A DNA stretch of 37,948 nucleotides from a virus (lineage: Duplodnaviria > Caudoviricetes): positions 1 through 37,948 of the IMG/VR virus record IMGVR_UViG_3300014872_000006, one strand, 5' to 3'. The position numbers and the translations under genes were made by a program. The notes below the pieces were generated by a model, which ran no database searches, was not told the DNA's origin, and saw nothing but the letters and a program-made list of their open reading frames with translations. Position 1 is the stretch's first letter; each line of letters opens with the position of its first letter. Of this stretch, positions 8,186 to 16,997 are shown in pieces.

Positions 8186-9558
8186 CCTGCGTTGCTCCAG
8201 TTCTCGAAGCGCACGCATTCCTTGCGGAAGTACAGGTCGACAGATCCAGTGGGGCCATTGCGCTGCTTCGCGATGATCAGCTCGGCCTTGTTGCGCAGGT
8301 CCTCGGTGCGCTGGTCTTTGCCTTTGCCTGTGGTGCGCGATTCGCCGTGGTAGTACTCGGGGCGGAACAGGAAGCAGACGACATCGGCGTCCTGTTCGAG
8401 GCTGCCGGACTCACGCAGATCGGAGAGCTGCGGGCGCTTGTCGCCGCGCTTCTCGACTTCGCGGGAGAGCTGGGAGAGAGCGAGGACCGGCAGGCCTGCT
8501 TCCTTTGCGATCGACTTGAGGCCGCGCGAAATCCCGCTGACCTCCTGCGTGCGGTTCTCGCCGGTTGCGCTCATCAGCTGCACGTAGTCCACGACAACCA
8601 GCGCGAGCTCGGGATGTTCAGCCTTCAGCCGGCGCACCCGAGCACGCAGCTGGGTGATGCCAATGTCGCCCTGCTCGTCGATGTAGATCGGCGCCGTGTT
8701 GAAGTGGCCGGCGGCCTGGGCGAGGCGCACGTAGTCGTCGTCCCGGAGCTGGCCGTTCAACAGGCGGGACAGGTCGACCATGGCTTCGGCGCACAGCATG
8801 CGCTGGATCAACTGCCTGCGAGTCATCTCGAGCGAGAACACGGCCACCGGCAGTTGCGCGCTGATAGCGGCGTGCACGGCGATCCCCAACGCACAGGCGG
8901 TCTTCCCCATGCTCGGCCGGGCCGCGATGATCACCAGATCGCCCTTCTGAAAACCGCCGGTCATGCGATTCAGGTCGAGCAGGCCGGTGTCGAGCCCGGT
9001 GATGCCGCCTTTTGCAGCCTGCAGTCGCTCGATGTCTTCGAACGTCGGATACAGATCGTGCTTGACCCAAACCGGGCCCTGGCCAACGTCATCACGGACA
9101 GCGTTGAATACGGCCTGGCCAGCAGCGTCCATGACCTGGGGAATGCTGCGATCCCCCGGCTCGTAGCCGAGCTGCACGACGGTCGTGCCCGCTACGATCA
9201 GCCGACGCAGCTGTGCACGTTCCCGGACGACCTTGGCGTGGTAGGTGACGTGCGCTGCAGTCGGAACCGCGTCGAGCAACTCGGACAGGAATTCGTGGCC
9301 GCCGACGGTCTCCAGTTCGTCGTTCTTCTGCAGCTCCTCCCTGACCGTGACCGGATCGATGATTTCGCCGCGGGTGAACAGGCGCAGCATGACGCGGAAC
9401 ATCCGCCGGTGCCGCTCCACGTAGAACATGGCGTCGTCGACCAGCTCGATCGCCTTCGCAACGGCTTCGCCATCGATCAGCATGGCGCCCAGCACGCTGA
9501 TCTCGGCCTCCGGTGCGTATGGCGGCTGCCGGTCAGGGAACGTCAGCTCTTCGCGCAT
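8182..9558 (-). CDS. dnaB: Replicative DNA helicase DnaB
   Basis: PP..PEAE.SVLGAML, AARPSMGKT, FSLEM, VVDYVQL, LSQLSR and DLRESGSLEQDAD motifs. Confidence 0.97.
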   Translation of the reverse strand: MREELTFPDRQPPYAPEAEISVLGAMLIDGEAVAKAIELVDDAMFYVERHRRMFRVMLRLFTRGEIIDPVTVREELQKNDELETVGGHEFLSELLDAVPTAAHVTYHAKVVRERAQLRRLIVAGTTVVQLGYEPGDRSIPQVMDAAGQAVFNAVRDDVGQGPVWVKHDLYPTFEDIERLQAAKGGITGLDTGLLDLNRMTGGFQKGDLVIIAARPSMGKTACALGIAVHAAISAQLPVAVFSLEMTRRQLIQRMLCAEAMVDLSRLLNGQLRDDDYVRLAQAAGHFNTAPIYIDEQGDIGITQLRARVRRLKAEHPELALVVVDYVQLMSATGENRTQEVSGISRGLKSIAKEAGLPVLALSQLSREVEKRGDKRPQLSDLRESGSLEQDADVVCFLFRPEYYHGESRTTGKGKDQRTEDLRNKAELIIAKQRNGPTGSVDLYFRKECVRFENWSNAG

Positions 9559-9559
9559 C

Positions 9560-10579
9560 TCAGCGGGCCGGGCCAATGGTCACCTCCGTGCGTTGCAGGC
9601 CATGAGAGCCTCGTGCATCGCGTTGCTGCTGTTTGCGCCAGGCGCCGAGGCAGGTCTGGACGCGGTCTCCTCGGCCCTTGACGTAAAACAGGCGCATGGT
9701 GAGCTCGTCGTTCTTATCCAAGCGGAGTTCTCGGCGGGCCACTCGGATTACGCCGGCCAGCTCTTCGACTGTGAGCCTGAACTTGGCCTGCAGTTCATCG
9801 CAGACGGTGAGATCGCGACCCATGCTCCACGGCCCAACCTGTTCTGCTACCTTCGGCGGCTTGCTCCCGCGCCAGAGATGCTCGCGGATTAGCGGCGCCC
9901 ATATGGCGTGAGCGTCGATCGGTTGGGGATCGCCAGCAGGTTCGGATTGCGATAGCAAATTTCCGGGGCTTGCCCCGATTGATTTATCAATCGCTTCTGT
10001 TTTCTGTTTTGGTTCAGGAGATGGTTCTGGCTCAGGAGATGGATTTGCCAAACCGTTCCCGGAACCGTTTGCCGAACGGTTCTCCGAACGGTTCTCAACC
10101 CGTTCAGTTTGTTGGACTTGCACCGCAGTCCCGAGTCGCGACCTGATGGCGTCCGCAAGGATCGAGTAAAAGGGCGCGCCCTTCGCCGTTGTTGCCGGTC
10201 CGTATCGTTCGGTCGCCTGAAGTAGTGCGTTGAAGCACACCGGGCTGAACGGAAGGGCCATGAATTCCGAACGGGCGTACGTCACCACGTTCGGGTTTTC
10301 CATCTCGTTGTGTTTCAGGTGCCGCTTGATCATGACCAGGCGCATGGCTGAATCCCAGACGATGCGTCGGGCGTCATTGAGCAGCTGCAGCGAATCACGA
10401 GCAGAGGCCGCTTCGATCTGCACATCGGCGGCGATGTACAGCGGGTCGAGCGCGTAACAACCAATCCGGTTCTGGTGCTTGCATGTGAGCAGATAGATCC
10501 ACGTGTCCCTGGTCTCGCGAGGCCACGCGCGGAACCGCTCATCGTCCCAGAGCTGCCGCTCAACCTTGCTATAGGCCAT
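9560..10579 (-). CDS. Phage replication initiator / replisome organizer
   Basis: YSKV...LW.D..F...R..WIYLLT N-terminal wHTH and PEPEPSPEP linker; directly upstream of dnaB. Confidence 0.75.
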   Translation of the reverse strand: MAYSKVERQLWDDERFRAWPRETRDTWIYLLTCKHQNRIGCYALDPLYIAADVQIEAASARDSLQLLNDARRIVWDSAMRLVMIKRHLKHNEMENPNVVTYARSEFMALPFSPVCFNALLQATERYGPATTAKGAPFYSILADAIRSRLGTAVQVQQTERVENRSENRSANGSGNGLANPSPEPEPSPEPKQKTEAIDKSIGASPGNLLSQSEPAGDPQPIDAHAIWAPLIREHLWRGSKPPKVAEQVGPWSMGRDLTVCDELQAKFRLTVEELAGVIRVARRELRLDKNDELTMRLFYVKGRGDRVQTCLGAWRKQQQRDARGSHGLQRTEVTIGPAR

Positions 10580-11159
10580 CGATCCCAACGTCGGGTTTGC
10601 CGTTTACTTCCGGAGACGCCAGCAGGCCTGCGATCGCCGCAATTCTCTGCTGGTGTTCACCAGCTAGCTGAAGGCGCTCGGCCCATTCCGCCGTCAAATC
10701 CTCTCTGCAAGTCGAGTGATCAAAGTGGAGGAAGGTTTCAGCGCTTACCTCAACCTCAATGTTGAGGCTAACAAACCCAACACGGTAGTCGATGCCACTT
10801 ACGCAAAGCGCAGCTTCGTGGCTGATTGCTGGTGCGACGAGCAAGCCCTGGATTTCGACATAATCTTCAGCGTTTTCTTCCAGCAGGTCTTTCGCTTCGC
10901 CCAATGCTCCCATGTAAGACAGCAACTGCGTCACCTCGGAGGTTTCTATTCGGTCTTTCTTGATCTCAATAACCACAATCTCCAGAAAACTTCCACCGCC
11001 GTCCCCATAGCGTCTGTGAGCCCCGGCTAGGACGTCGAGGACCCCACCGTTTGCAAGGCTCATTTGGCGGCCAATCACAAAGGTGCCTTTCCCTGCTACT
11101 GATTCGATGTTGTTGCAGACCCAGTCTTCAAGGTCCTTCTCAAGAAATTCGACGTGCAT
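10569..11159 (-). CDS. NucS/DUF91-like PD-(D/E)XK endonuclease
   Basis: LEKDLEDWV..GRQ..G.LDVLA..VVIEIKK..QLLSYM..GLLVAP; ATG at 11159 with GGAGG RBS. Confidence 0.75.
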   Translation of the reverse strand: MHVEFLEKDLEDWVCNNIESVAGKGTFVIGRQMSLANGGVLDVLAGAHRRYGDGGGSFLEIVVIEIKKDRIETSEVTQLLSYMGALGEAKDLLEENAEDYVEIQGLLVAPAISHEAALCVSGIDYRVGFVSLNIEVEVSAETFLHFDHSTCREDLTAEWAERLQLAGEHQQRIAAIAGLLASPEVNGKPDVGIDGL

Positions 11160-11170
11160 CGCCCCACCTC

Positions 11171-11899
11171 CTACACGTTCAGCAGTTCGAGCTGTGCGGC
11201 TGCGCTCTCCAGCGCCTTGGCAGAATGACCGTCGGTACTGAACCGCTCGGATTCTGACCGCAGCCCGTACAGCGTGATGACGTCGGCAAAGTCCTCGAAG
11301 TCGTGCGTGCGCAGCTGGACCGTGTTGTTGTCCCCTGCCTGCAGGTGCTCGAGCTCGTGGTGGATGAGCCGTTGGCGATCCTTGTCGGTAAGAGTGCACC
11401 ACTGAAGGAAGTCGAGCGTGATGAGCGCGTCGTATTCGGTCAGGTATCGCATTTTGCCGGGCAGCTTGGCAGCGGTACCCAGGCGGCCGCGTCCATTTAC
11501 AGGTGTGATCTTCTTGGCCATGACAATGGCGATACGTCGACCCGCCAGGTCGCGGCGGTACCGCTCGAGCACGAACGCCGTGATGTGCTCCGCTTCCGGG
11601 TGAGTCATGAAGTCGCTGGTCTCCTGCCAGTCCCCATTCTTCAAGCGCTCGGCGGGCGAGAGCCATTCCAGCTCCAGATCCAGGAGCAGGCCGGAGTCGT
11701 TTTCCATGAGGTCGAGCCGGCTCCTGTTCTTGCGCCCCTCGTTCGTTGCGGGATCAAGCGCGTTGCCGGCTTCCATGACTGCGCGCAGCCGGGCAATGCG
11801 TTCAGCGGTGGTGCGCTCGCTCGGTGGGTAGATGCGTGTTTCGTGGATCTTTGCAGCGAAGATCGGATCGCTGATTGCCAATACCAGCAACTTCACCAT
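11171..11899 (-). CDS. Putative phage metallopeptidase (HExxH)
   Basis: LG.AAK..YD.LI.L...W..L...R..LIHHELEH..HDFEDF..V...YG; AGGAGG RBS before ATG 11899. Confidence 0.8.
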   Translation of the reverse strand: MVKLLVLAISDPIFAAKIHETRIYPPSERTTAERIARLRAVMEAGNALDPATNEGRKNRSRLDLMENDSGLLLDLELEWLSPAERLKNGDWQETSDFMTHPEAEHITAFVLERYRRDLAGRRIAIVMAKKITPVNGRGRLGTAAKLPGKMRYLTEYDALITLDFLQWCTLTDKDRQRLIHHELEHLQAGDNNTVQLRTHDFEDFADVITLYGLRSESERFSTDGHSAKALESAAAQLELLNV

Positions 11900-11927
11900 T
11901 GCTACCTCCTGCGGAAGGTGATGGCCA

Positions 11928-12380
11928 TCATTGGCCTCGCATGCATGCCGGGCAGAGACACTCAGCCCAGGTTGGTTGCCATGTTGTTCGGAGATCTTCA
12001 GTGAGCTCGACCAGGACGCCGTAGCTGTAGACCAGGGAGTCACGAAAGCCGTGCGAGTAGTCAGGGTTGCCCAGGGCCGGATCCCAAATGGGTCGACCGC
12101 AATAACCAACAACCGAATGCCCGCGCGATCGCGTGCCGTAGTTGATCAGGTGCCATCCAGCGGGCTGCACAACCTTGGTGACCTCAGGCTCCAGCTCGAC
12201 GTAGACCTGCTCGTGGTGTTTGGAGAGCCACGTGTTGATGGTGTTGATCCAGGATCCGCCGGCAGCTTCGATCGCGCGGTAGTCAGGCACACGCCCGATC
12301 GGGATCTCGAGGATGCTCGCCCAGCAAGCCGCCATGCAGTTGCCGCGGCCGTTCGCGTTCGTCTGCCGGACCGGGATCAT
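11928..12380 (-). CDS. Hypothetical protein with a papain/C39-like Cys-His-Asp pattern
   Basis: Q..GNCMAAC.ASIL, HSVV and WDP motifs. Confidence 0.55.
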   Translation of the reverse strand: MIPVRQTNANGRGNCMAACWASILEIPIGRVPDYRAIEAAGGSWINTINTWLSKHHEQVYVELEPEVTKVVQPAGWHLINYGTRSRGHSVVGYCGRPIWDPALGNPDYSHGFRDSLVYSYGVLVELTEDLRTTWQPTWAECLCPACMRGQ

Positions 12381-14194
12381 CAGTCCAGCCCTTCAGGAAA
12401 GAGCAGGTCCGTGGCTGCGACATGCGTTTTCGACACGTCGCGCATGAGACCAGGCGTGCGCAAGTCGCTCAGGTAATTCCGGAACGTCCCGGTTGTGTGC
12501 GAAATGTTGATCGCGGCGCCGAGCTCCTCGCGACTGATCGGGTCGGGATACGCGTCGATCAGCACACGCAGCATGTTCGACTGCGTGCCTCCGAGCTTGT
12601 TGAACCAGATCGCGTGAAGAGTGTCGTGGTCCGGCACATCGATGTCGGCCGCCTCGAGCATACCCAGGTCGGTGAGCGCGAGCCGATTGCCGGACCGGTC
12701 CTCGATCAGCCCAGCTCTGCGCAAGTCGCTCAGGTAATTGCGGAACGTGCCCGTGCTGGCGGAGATATCGCACCAGCCAGCAACGGTCGTGCGCTCCGCT
12801 TCCTCGACTCCCAGCGTGTGCAGCGCACCGAGAGCGTCGAGCATCTTGCGCGGAGTGGATCCGAGCGCGGCGCGCGCACCTGTCGCTGATTGAGGTTCGC
12901 CTGACGCGCTCCCACTTTGCCTACTTCCGCGTGGCACCGACGAGCGGTGGTGACTGCTTCGCGTGTCAGGCGCTGTATGCGTTGGTGTCGCGTGACCGTT
13001 CGTTGCCTTTGGTACCGCGGCCGCGACGTCCTGGAGCTCAAACTGCGTAAGGGGCACGATTTGACTCAGCAACGCCCCAACCTTCGTCAGGCGCTTGCCG
13101 AGGTCGCCGATCTGCCCGCGCAGTTGCTTCTCGCGTTTCGCCTGCTCAAGGACCAATGCGCGTGCGTGCTCGACATCCCCGCGCATTTGCTTCTTTGCGT
13201 CAGCGACCGCCAACTCGATCGCCCGACTGGCTACGACGTTCGATACCTGCGCTCCGGGCCGTTCCAACTCGCGAATTCGGCGCTGCATGCGTCCGACCTG
13301 TTCGCGCAGCTCGGACTCGGTCTTCGCTTCCTCCTCGGCACGCTTTGCCAGGTCGTGCAGCTGCGTGATGACCTTCTGCACGGCCGCGGGTGGCGGCGGC
13401 GCCGGCGGTGCGATCGCGCCTGGTTGCGGATGAGTGGTGACGATTGGACCCGATCGGACCTTTACGACGGTGCGCGAGATCGCAGGACCGAACGCGTAGA
13501 ACTCGCCCGGCTCCAGGTCGCGGAGCTGCAGCCGCGCCTCTTTGTCCATGCCGAGCTCGTCGCCGGCGCGCTTCAGGTCGACATCGAGCCCAGTGCGGCC
13601 GATCAGTTTGTTGAGCTGCTCGGCTGCGGCATCCTTGTGCAGTTTGCTGATGCGCTGCGTGGCCAGCACCGCGGCAAACCCGCGTTTGCGTCCCTGCGTG
13701 CAGAGTGCGATCGCCGCTTCGGTTGATTCCGCCTCGCCGGAGCCGCGCTCCGGGATGAAGACGTGCGCCTCATCGATCACGACCAGCAGCGGCCGCCAAA
13801 GTGAGCGCGGCAGGTGCATCAGCTCTTCGAGGAACAGGCGAACGAAACGCCGGCGTTGATCCAGCGGCAGGTCGTACAGATCGATGACAGCGGATGCGCT
13901 CAGCTCGAGAAGCCGGCGCGCGAGCAGCTTCGCGGTCTTCGGTTCGGCCGGCACGTCACCATCGCGACCGGCCAAGAGGTAGCCAAACCTCTCGCGCAGC
14001 GTGGCAAACTCGCCTTCGGGGTCGAGCACGATCTGCTGGATCCGGCCGTGGGTCTGCTCGAGCAGGTAACGCAGCATGCGGCTCTTGCCGCCACCGCTGT
14101 TGGCCTGGATGAGCAACCGGGATGCGACCAGCTGGTTCAGGTCGACCCGCACGCCGCCGTCGCCGGGGTGGAAGAGAATGGGTGGCGCCGTCAT
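12380..14194 (-). CDS. HerA/DUF87-like P-loop ATPase with coiled coil and two C-terminal wHTH repeats
   Basis: ANSGGGKS (Walker A), LDPEGE, VIDEAH (Walker B), GRKRG..ATQR; duplicated TGTFRNYLSDLR. Confidence 0.85.
   Translation of the reverse strand: MTAPPILFHPGDGGVRVDLNQLVASRLLIQANSGGGKSRMLRYLLEQTHGRIQQIVLDPEGEFATLRERFGYLLAGRDGDVPAEPKTAKLLARRLLELSASAVIDLYDLPLDQRRRFVRLFLEELMHLPRSLWRPLLVVIDEAHVFIPERGSGEAESTEAAIALCTQGRKRGFAAVLATQRISKLHKDAAAEQLNKLIGRTGLDVDLKRAGDELGMDKEARLQLRDLEPGEFYAFGPAISRTVVKVRSGPIVTTHPQPGAIAPPAPPPPAAVQKVITQLHDLAKRAEEEAKTESELREQVGRMQRRIRELERPGAQVSNVVASRAIELAVADAKKQMRGDVEHARALVLEQAKREKQLRGQIGDLGKRLTKVGALLSQIVPLTQFELQDVAAAVPKATNGHATPTHTAPDTRSSHHRSSVPRGSRQSGSASGEPQSATGARAALGSTPRKMLDALGALHTLGVEEAERTTVAGWCDISASTGTFRNYLSDLRRAGLIEDRSGNRLALTDLGMLEAADIDVPDHDTLHAIWFNKLGGTQSNMLRVLIDAYPDPISREELGAAINISHTTGTFRNYLSDLRTPGLMRDVSKTHVAATDLLFPEGLD
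12457..12748. repeat. Intragenic direct repeat (31 bp, 1 mismatch, 261 bp apart)
   Basis: TGCGCAAGTCGCTCAGGTAATT(C/G)CGGAACGT at 12457 and 12718. Confidence 0.85.
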
Positions 14195-14382
14195 CGACGT
14201 GCCGCCTTTCGCCCGGCCCACTCATTCTTCCGGCGCCGCGTCCGCTTTTTCACGGCCGCGCGGAACCGCTCACCCAGCAGCTTGCCGCGGCCCTGGTCGT
14301 CGGTGATGGACCGCGCGTGACGCTCGCCAGGCCTACCGACGTAGAGGGTGGCCTTCTTTTTGACCTTCTTTAGCAGGCTCAT
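14191..14382 (-). CDS. Small basic hypothetical protein
   Basis: Lys/Arg-rich; stop overlaps the HerA start. Confidence 0.55.
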   Translation of the reverse strand: MSLLKKVKKKATLYVGRPGERHARSITDDQGRGKLLGERFRAAVKKRTRRRKNEWAGRKAARR

Positions 14383-14403
14383 ACCGCACCTGCCTCGATG
14401 GCA

Positions 14404-14612
14404 TGTTGGGAAATGTGTACATTTCGGGGCACCTTTCGGGTGCGCCGATCAGTACGGAGGGCGAATAGAGGGTGGCCGGAGTCGCCGCTAACTACTGATT
14501 TGGCAAGGAATGCAGGTTTTAGAGGGTTGCATCTTGCACTCCTACAAGATATGTAAAGGTTAGCCCGGCCCAACACGTTTCCGGGGGTGTGTTGGGAAAA
14601 CTGTACTTTCGG
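14404..14612. other. Candidate attP site (arm repeats plus core)
   Basis: Downstream of int. Direct repeats TGTTGGGAAA-N2-TGTAC(A)TTTCGG at 14404 and 14590, an inverted CCCAACAC at 14569, and a core-like ATCTTG-N8-CAAGAT at 14531-14550. Confidence 0.6.
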
Positions 14613-14631
14613 TGTAGCGATCGGCCTCATC

Positions 14632-15894
14632 TTAAACCAGTGCCTCATCCATTGCCGCGTCCGCCCGCGCCTCGTCTTCCGCGATGGCATGCGCGTAGGT
14701 GTCCAGGAGTACTGCCGGTGTATCTCCGAGCCGCTTGGCCGCGGTTGTGATCGGTACGTTCTTGCTCAGCATCCAAGTGGCGCAGGTGTGCCGGAGCGAG
14801 TGCAGCGTGAGCGACTTCGCATCGCCGCGGCCGTACGGCAGGTCAGCTGCCACGAAGCAGCTCTGCACCCATATCGTTGCCGTCTGGTCGCTGATCGGCG
14901 AGTCACGGTGCAGCGATCGGAAGAAAAACTTCTCGCCGGCATAGGCCACCGCGTGGTGCTCGAATAGCGGGCGCAGCCTGGTCGGGATCGGCACATCGCG
15001 CACGCTGTTCTCCGTTTTCGCCGTCCACTTGTGCTCGCCCTTCCGGTCCTGGATCCGCAGCCGCGGCCGGGCACCGTTCAGGATCACATCGTCGACGGTG
15101 CGCAGGTACATGATCTCACGCCGGCGCAGCCCGAGGATGCCGGCGGCCAGGAAGGCCGCATACCGTGTCCCTGCGACCTCGTCGTGGTTGATCAGGTGCT
15201 TCCATTGAGCAGGCGTCAGGAACGCGTGGCGCGTCTTCCTGCGCTTCGGCACACGGGCCCGCTTCCATGGGTTGCGCGTCACTGAGGCCATTGCCTGCGC
15301 CTTCTCGGCGGCCTCTGCCTCCTGCTCGATCACCATGTTCCACAGCGCGCGGTACGCCTTGCGGGCCGTGGACTGCGTCTGGGCCGCCCAGGGTGCGCCG
15401 CCTGTCGTTTCCTTCGGCTCGTGCAGGAACTTCTCGGCGGCTTCAATGGTCAGCTGCGCCATCGGGTGGTCAGCGCCGAGGCTGCGCTCGAGCTGGGCCA
15501 GCACGTACTGGTAGTCCTTCACCGACTGATCAGCCAGCGTTGCACGGGCGCGCTGCATGAAGCGCTCGATCGCCGCACCGAGCCGGGTGCCGTCCGCGGT
15601 GATCCGTTTGATCCTGGCGTAGTCGCCCTCCCGCACGGCACGCGAGATGTCCGAGATGTCCAGCTCGCTTCGCCGCCAGCGTTCGATCACCGACCAGTCG
15701 CCGCGCTCGGCCATGGTGTTTAGCGCGCTCGCGTACGCGATGGCCACGTCTTCGCGGTCGCGGCCAACCCGCAATGATTTGACAATGCGGCCGCCTTCGA
15801 GCCGCGCATGCTCACGCTCGTAGTAGGCGGCTCCGCGGCGCCACCGTAGACCGGCGGTCACAGCCTGAGGCCTGCGGCGTTTCTTACGCGGCAT
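14632..15894 (-). CDS. int: Tyrosine recombinase / integrase
   Basis: GLRRREI (R), AKTENS (K), HSLRH, LGD and TYAH (Y) catalytic motifs. Confidence 0.92.
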   Translation of the reverse strand: MPRKKRRRPQAVTAGLRWRRGAAYYEREHARLEGGRIVKSLRVGRDREDVAIAYASALNTMAERGDWSVIERWRRSELDISDISRAVREGDYARIKRITADGTRLGAAIERFMQRARATLADQSVKDYQYVLAQLERSLGADHPMAQLTIEAAEKFLHEPKETTGGAPWAAQTQSTARKAYRALWNMVIEQEAEAAEKAQAMASVTRNPWKRARVPKRRKTRHAFLTPAQWKHLINHDEVAGTRYAAFLAAGILGLRRREIMYLRTVDDVILNGARPRLRIQDRKGEHKWTAKTENSVRDVPIPTRLRPLFEHHAVAYAGEKFFFRSLHRDSPISDQTATIWVQSCFVAADLPYGRGDAKSLTLHSLRHTCATWMLSKNVPITTAAKRLGDTPAVLLDTYAHAIAEDEARADAAMDEALV

Positions 15895-16123
15895 TCGCTG
15901 CTTTCCTCGTGCGCCGAGCTTCAAACTCATCCAACCACTCGTCCTTGAACCGCCAGTCGGGTCGGGTTTCGCCGGGCTTCCGGCTCGCGTCGAACGCAGT
16001 GAGCTCGCCGGCGCCTATCCATTCATAGATCTGGTCATCACCAACGCCACCCAGGCGGGCGGCCGCCTCGCGAGTCGTGCGCCAGAGATAGAGCGCCTCC
16101 TGGCGTTTACCTTCACGCGGCAC
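15884..16123 (-). CDS. xis: Excisionase-like HTH protein
   Basis: TTREAAARLG....IYEWI..GEL.A...WRF...LDEF; AGGAGG RBS, GTG start; overlaps int. Confidence 0.8.
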   Translation of the reverse strand: MPREGKRQEALYLWRTTREAAARLGGVGDDQIYEWIGAGELTAFDASRKPGETRPDWRFKDEWLDEFEARRTRKAANAA

Positions 16124-16997
16124 GTTTCCTCCTGCGTGCGGTGATCTGACGGAACTCGTAGTCATCGATGCCGAACGCATCCTGCAGTACTTCAGCCGCG
16201 CAGCCATACGCCGCGGCCATCCGGATCTCCTTCACGTCGTCTGCTGAGAGCTGCGGCGCCGCCGGTACCGGAATCGGCGCCGTGCGCCCGGTCGCGAGAT
16301 TTACGAAAGCACCGCGATGCTCGAGCTCGCCTTTCAGGAACAGGCGGGACAGGAGAGCGAGCGCATGATTGGCCAGCAACTGGTTGACGAACGGCGCCTG
16401 GCGGGTCAGCGCCTCGAGGGCGCTGCAGCTCGGCAGCTGGTCATCATCCAGCGTGTTGGCAGGATCGACCAGCTCGGGCCATTCTTCCGCGGCCGTCGGC
16501 AGCCGGCGTGAGGTCGAGTGCTCTGACAGAGGCTGTCCCAGCAGGAACTGGCCATCATCTGCGCGGTTGCCGATGTCCAGCCAGTAGTCCGACGAGGTGT
16601 TGGTAGCCACCTGGTGGATGATCGATCGCGCGGCGCGCGTGTCGACGCAGCCGATCAGAATGCAGTTGCGCCACCACACGAGCTTCTCGTGTTTGGGGTT
16701 CAGATGCATCCCGATCGCGCTCCAGCTCAAACCCCAGAACGTGTTGATGCGCGTGACCAGCGTTACGGCCTTGTTCAGCCCAACGTCGGAGATAGAGAAC
16801 GGCTGTCTAACACAGTTGGCCGGCGTGATCTCGTCGCCATCGTAGACCGTCACATTCAGCCCGTGCGGATGGCCGCGCGCGATCAAAGCGTGGTGCAGGT
16901 ACACGAGCCCGCTCACGATCGCGGAACCGGTACCGCCGCAGCCTATCACGCGTACGTTGATCTCACGCTCGAGGAATTTCGCGGGGAGCCTATGCAT
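16113..16997 (-). CDS. PRTRC system ThiF (E1-like) protein with C-terminal HTH-like extension
   Basis: VIGCGGTGS, DGD.I..AN.VRQ.F...DVG.NKA..L..RIN, GCVDT..AR, YWLD.GN and PSCS..EAL.RQ..FVN motifs. Confidence 0.92.
   Translation of the reverse strand: MHRLPAKFLEREINVRVIGCGGTGSAIVSGLVYLHHALIARGHPHGLNVTVYDGDEITPANCVRQPFSISDVGLNKAVTLVTRINTFWGLSWSAIGMHLNPKHEKLVWWRNCILIGCVDTRAARSIIHQVATNTSSDYWLDIGNRADDGQFLLGQPLSEHSTSRRLPTAAEEWPELVDPANTLDDDQLPSCSALEALTRQAPFVNQLLANHALALLSRLFLKGELEHRGAFVNLATGRTAPIPVPAAPQLSADDVKEIRMAAAYGCAAEVLQDAFGIDDYEFRQITARRRKRAA

Noticed and set aside
12457-12748. DGR template/variable repeat pair
   Set aside because: Short in-frame domain duplication, mismatch not at adenine, and no reverse transcriptase.
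14379-14690. 103-aa minus-strand ORF after int
   Set aside because: Overlaps the int 3' end and spans the repeat-rich attP-like region; no recognisable motif.
14716-14730. Integrase LGD instead of LGH as a sign of inactivation
   Set aside because: This position varies among tyrosine recombinases; R, K, HxxR and Y are intact.
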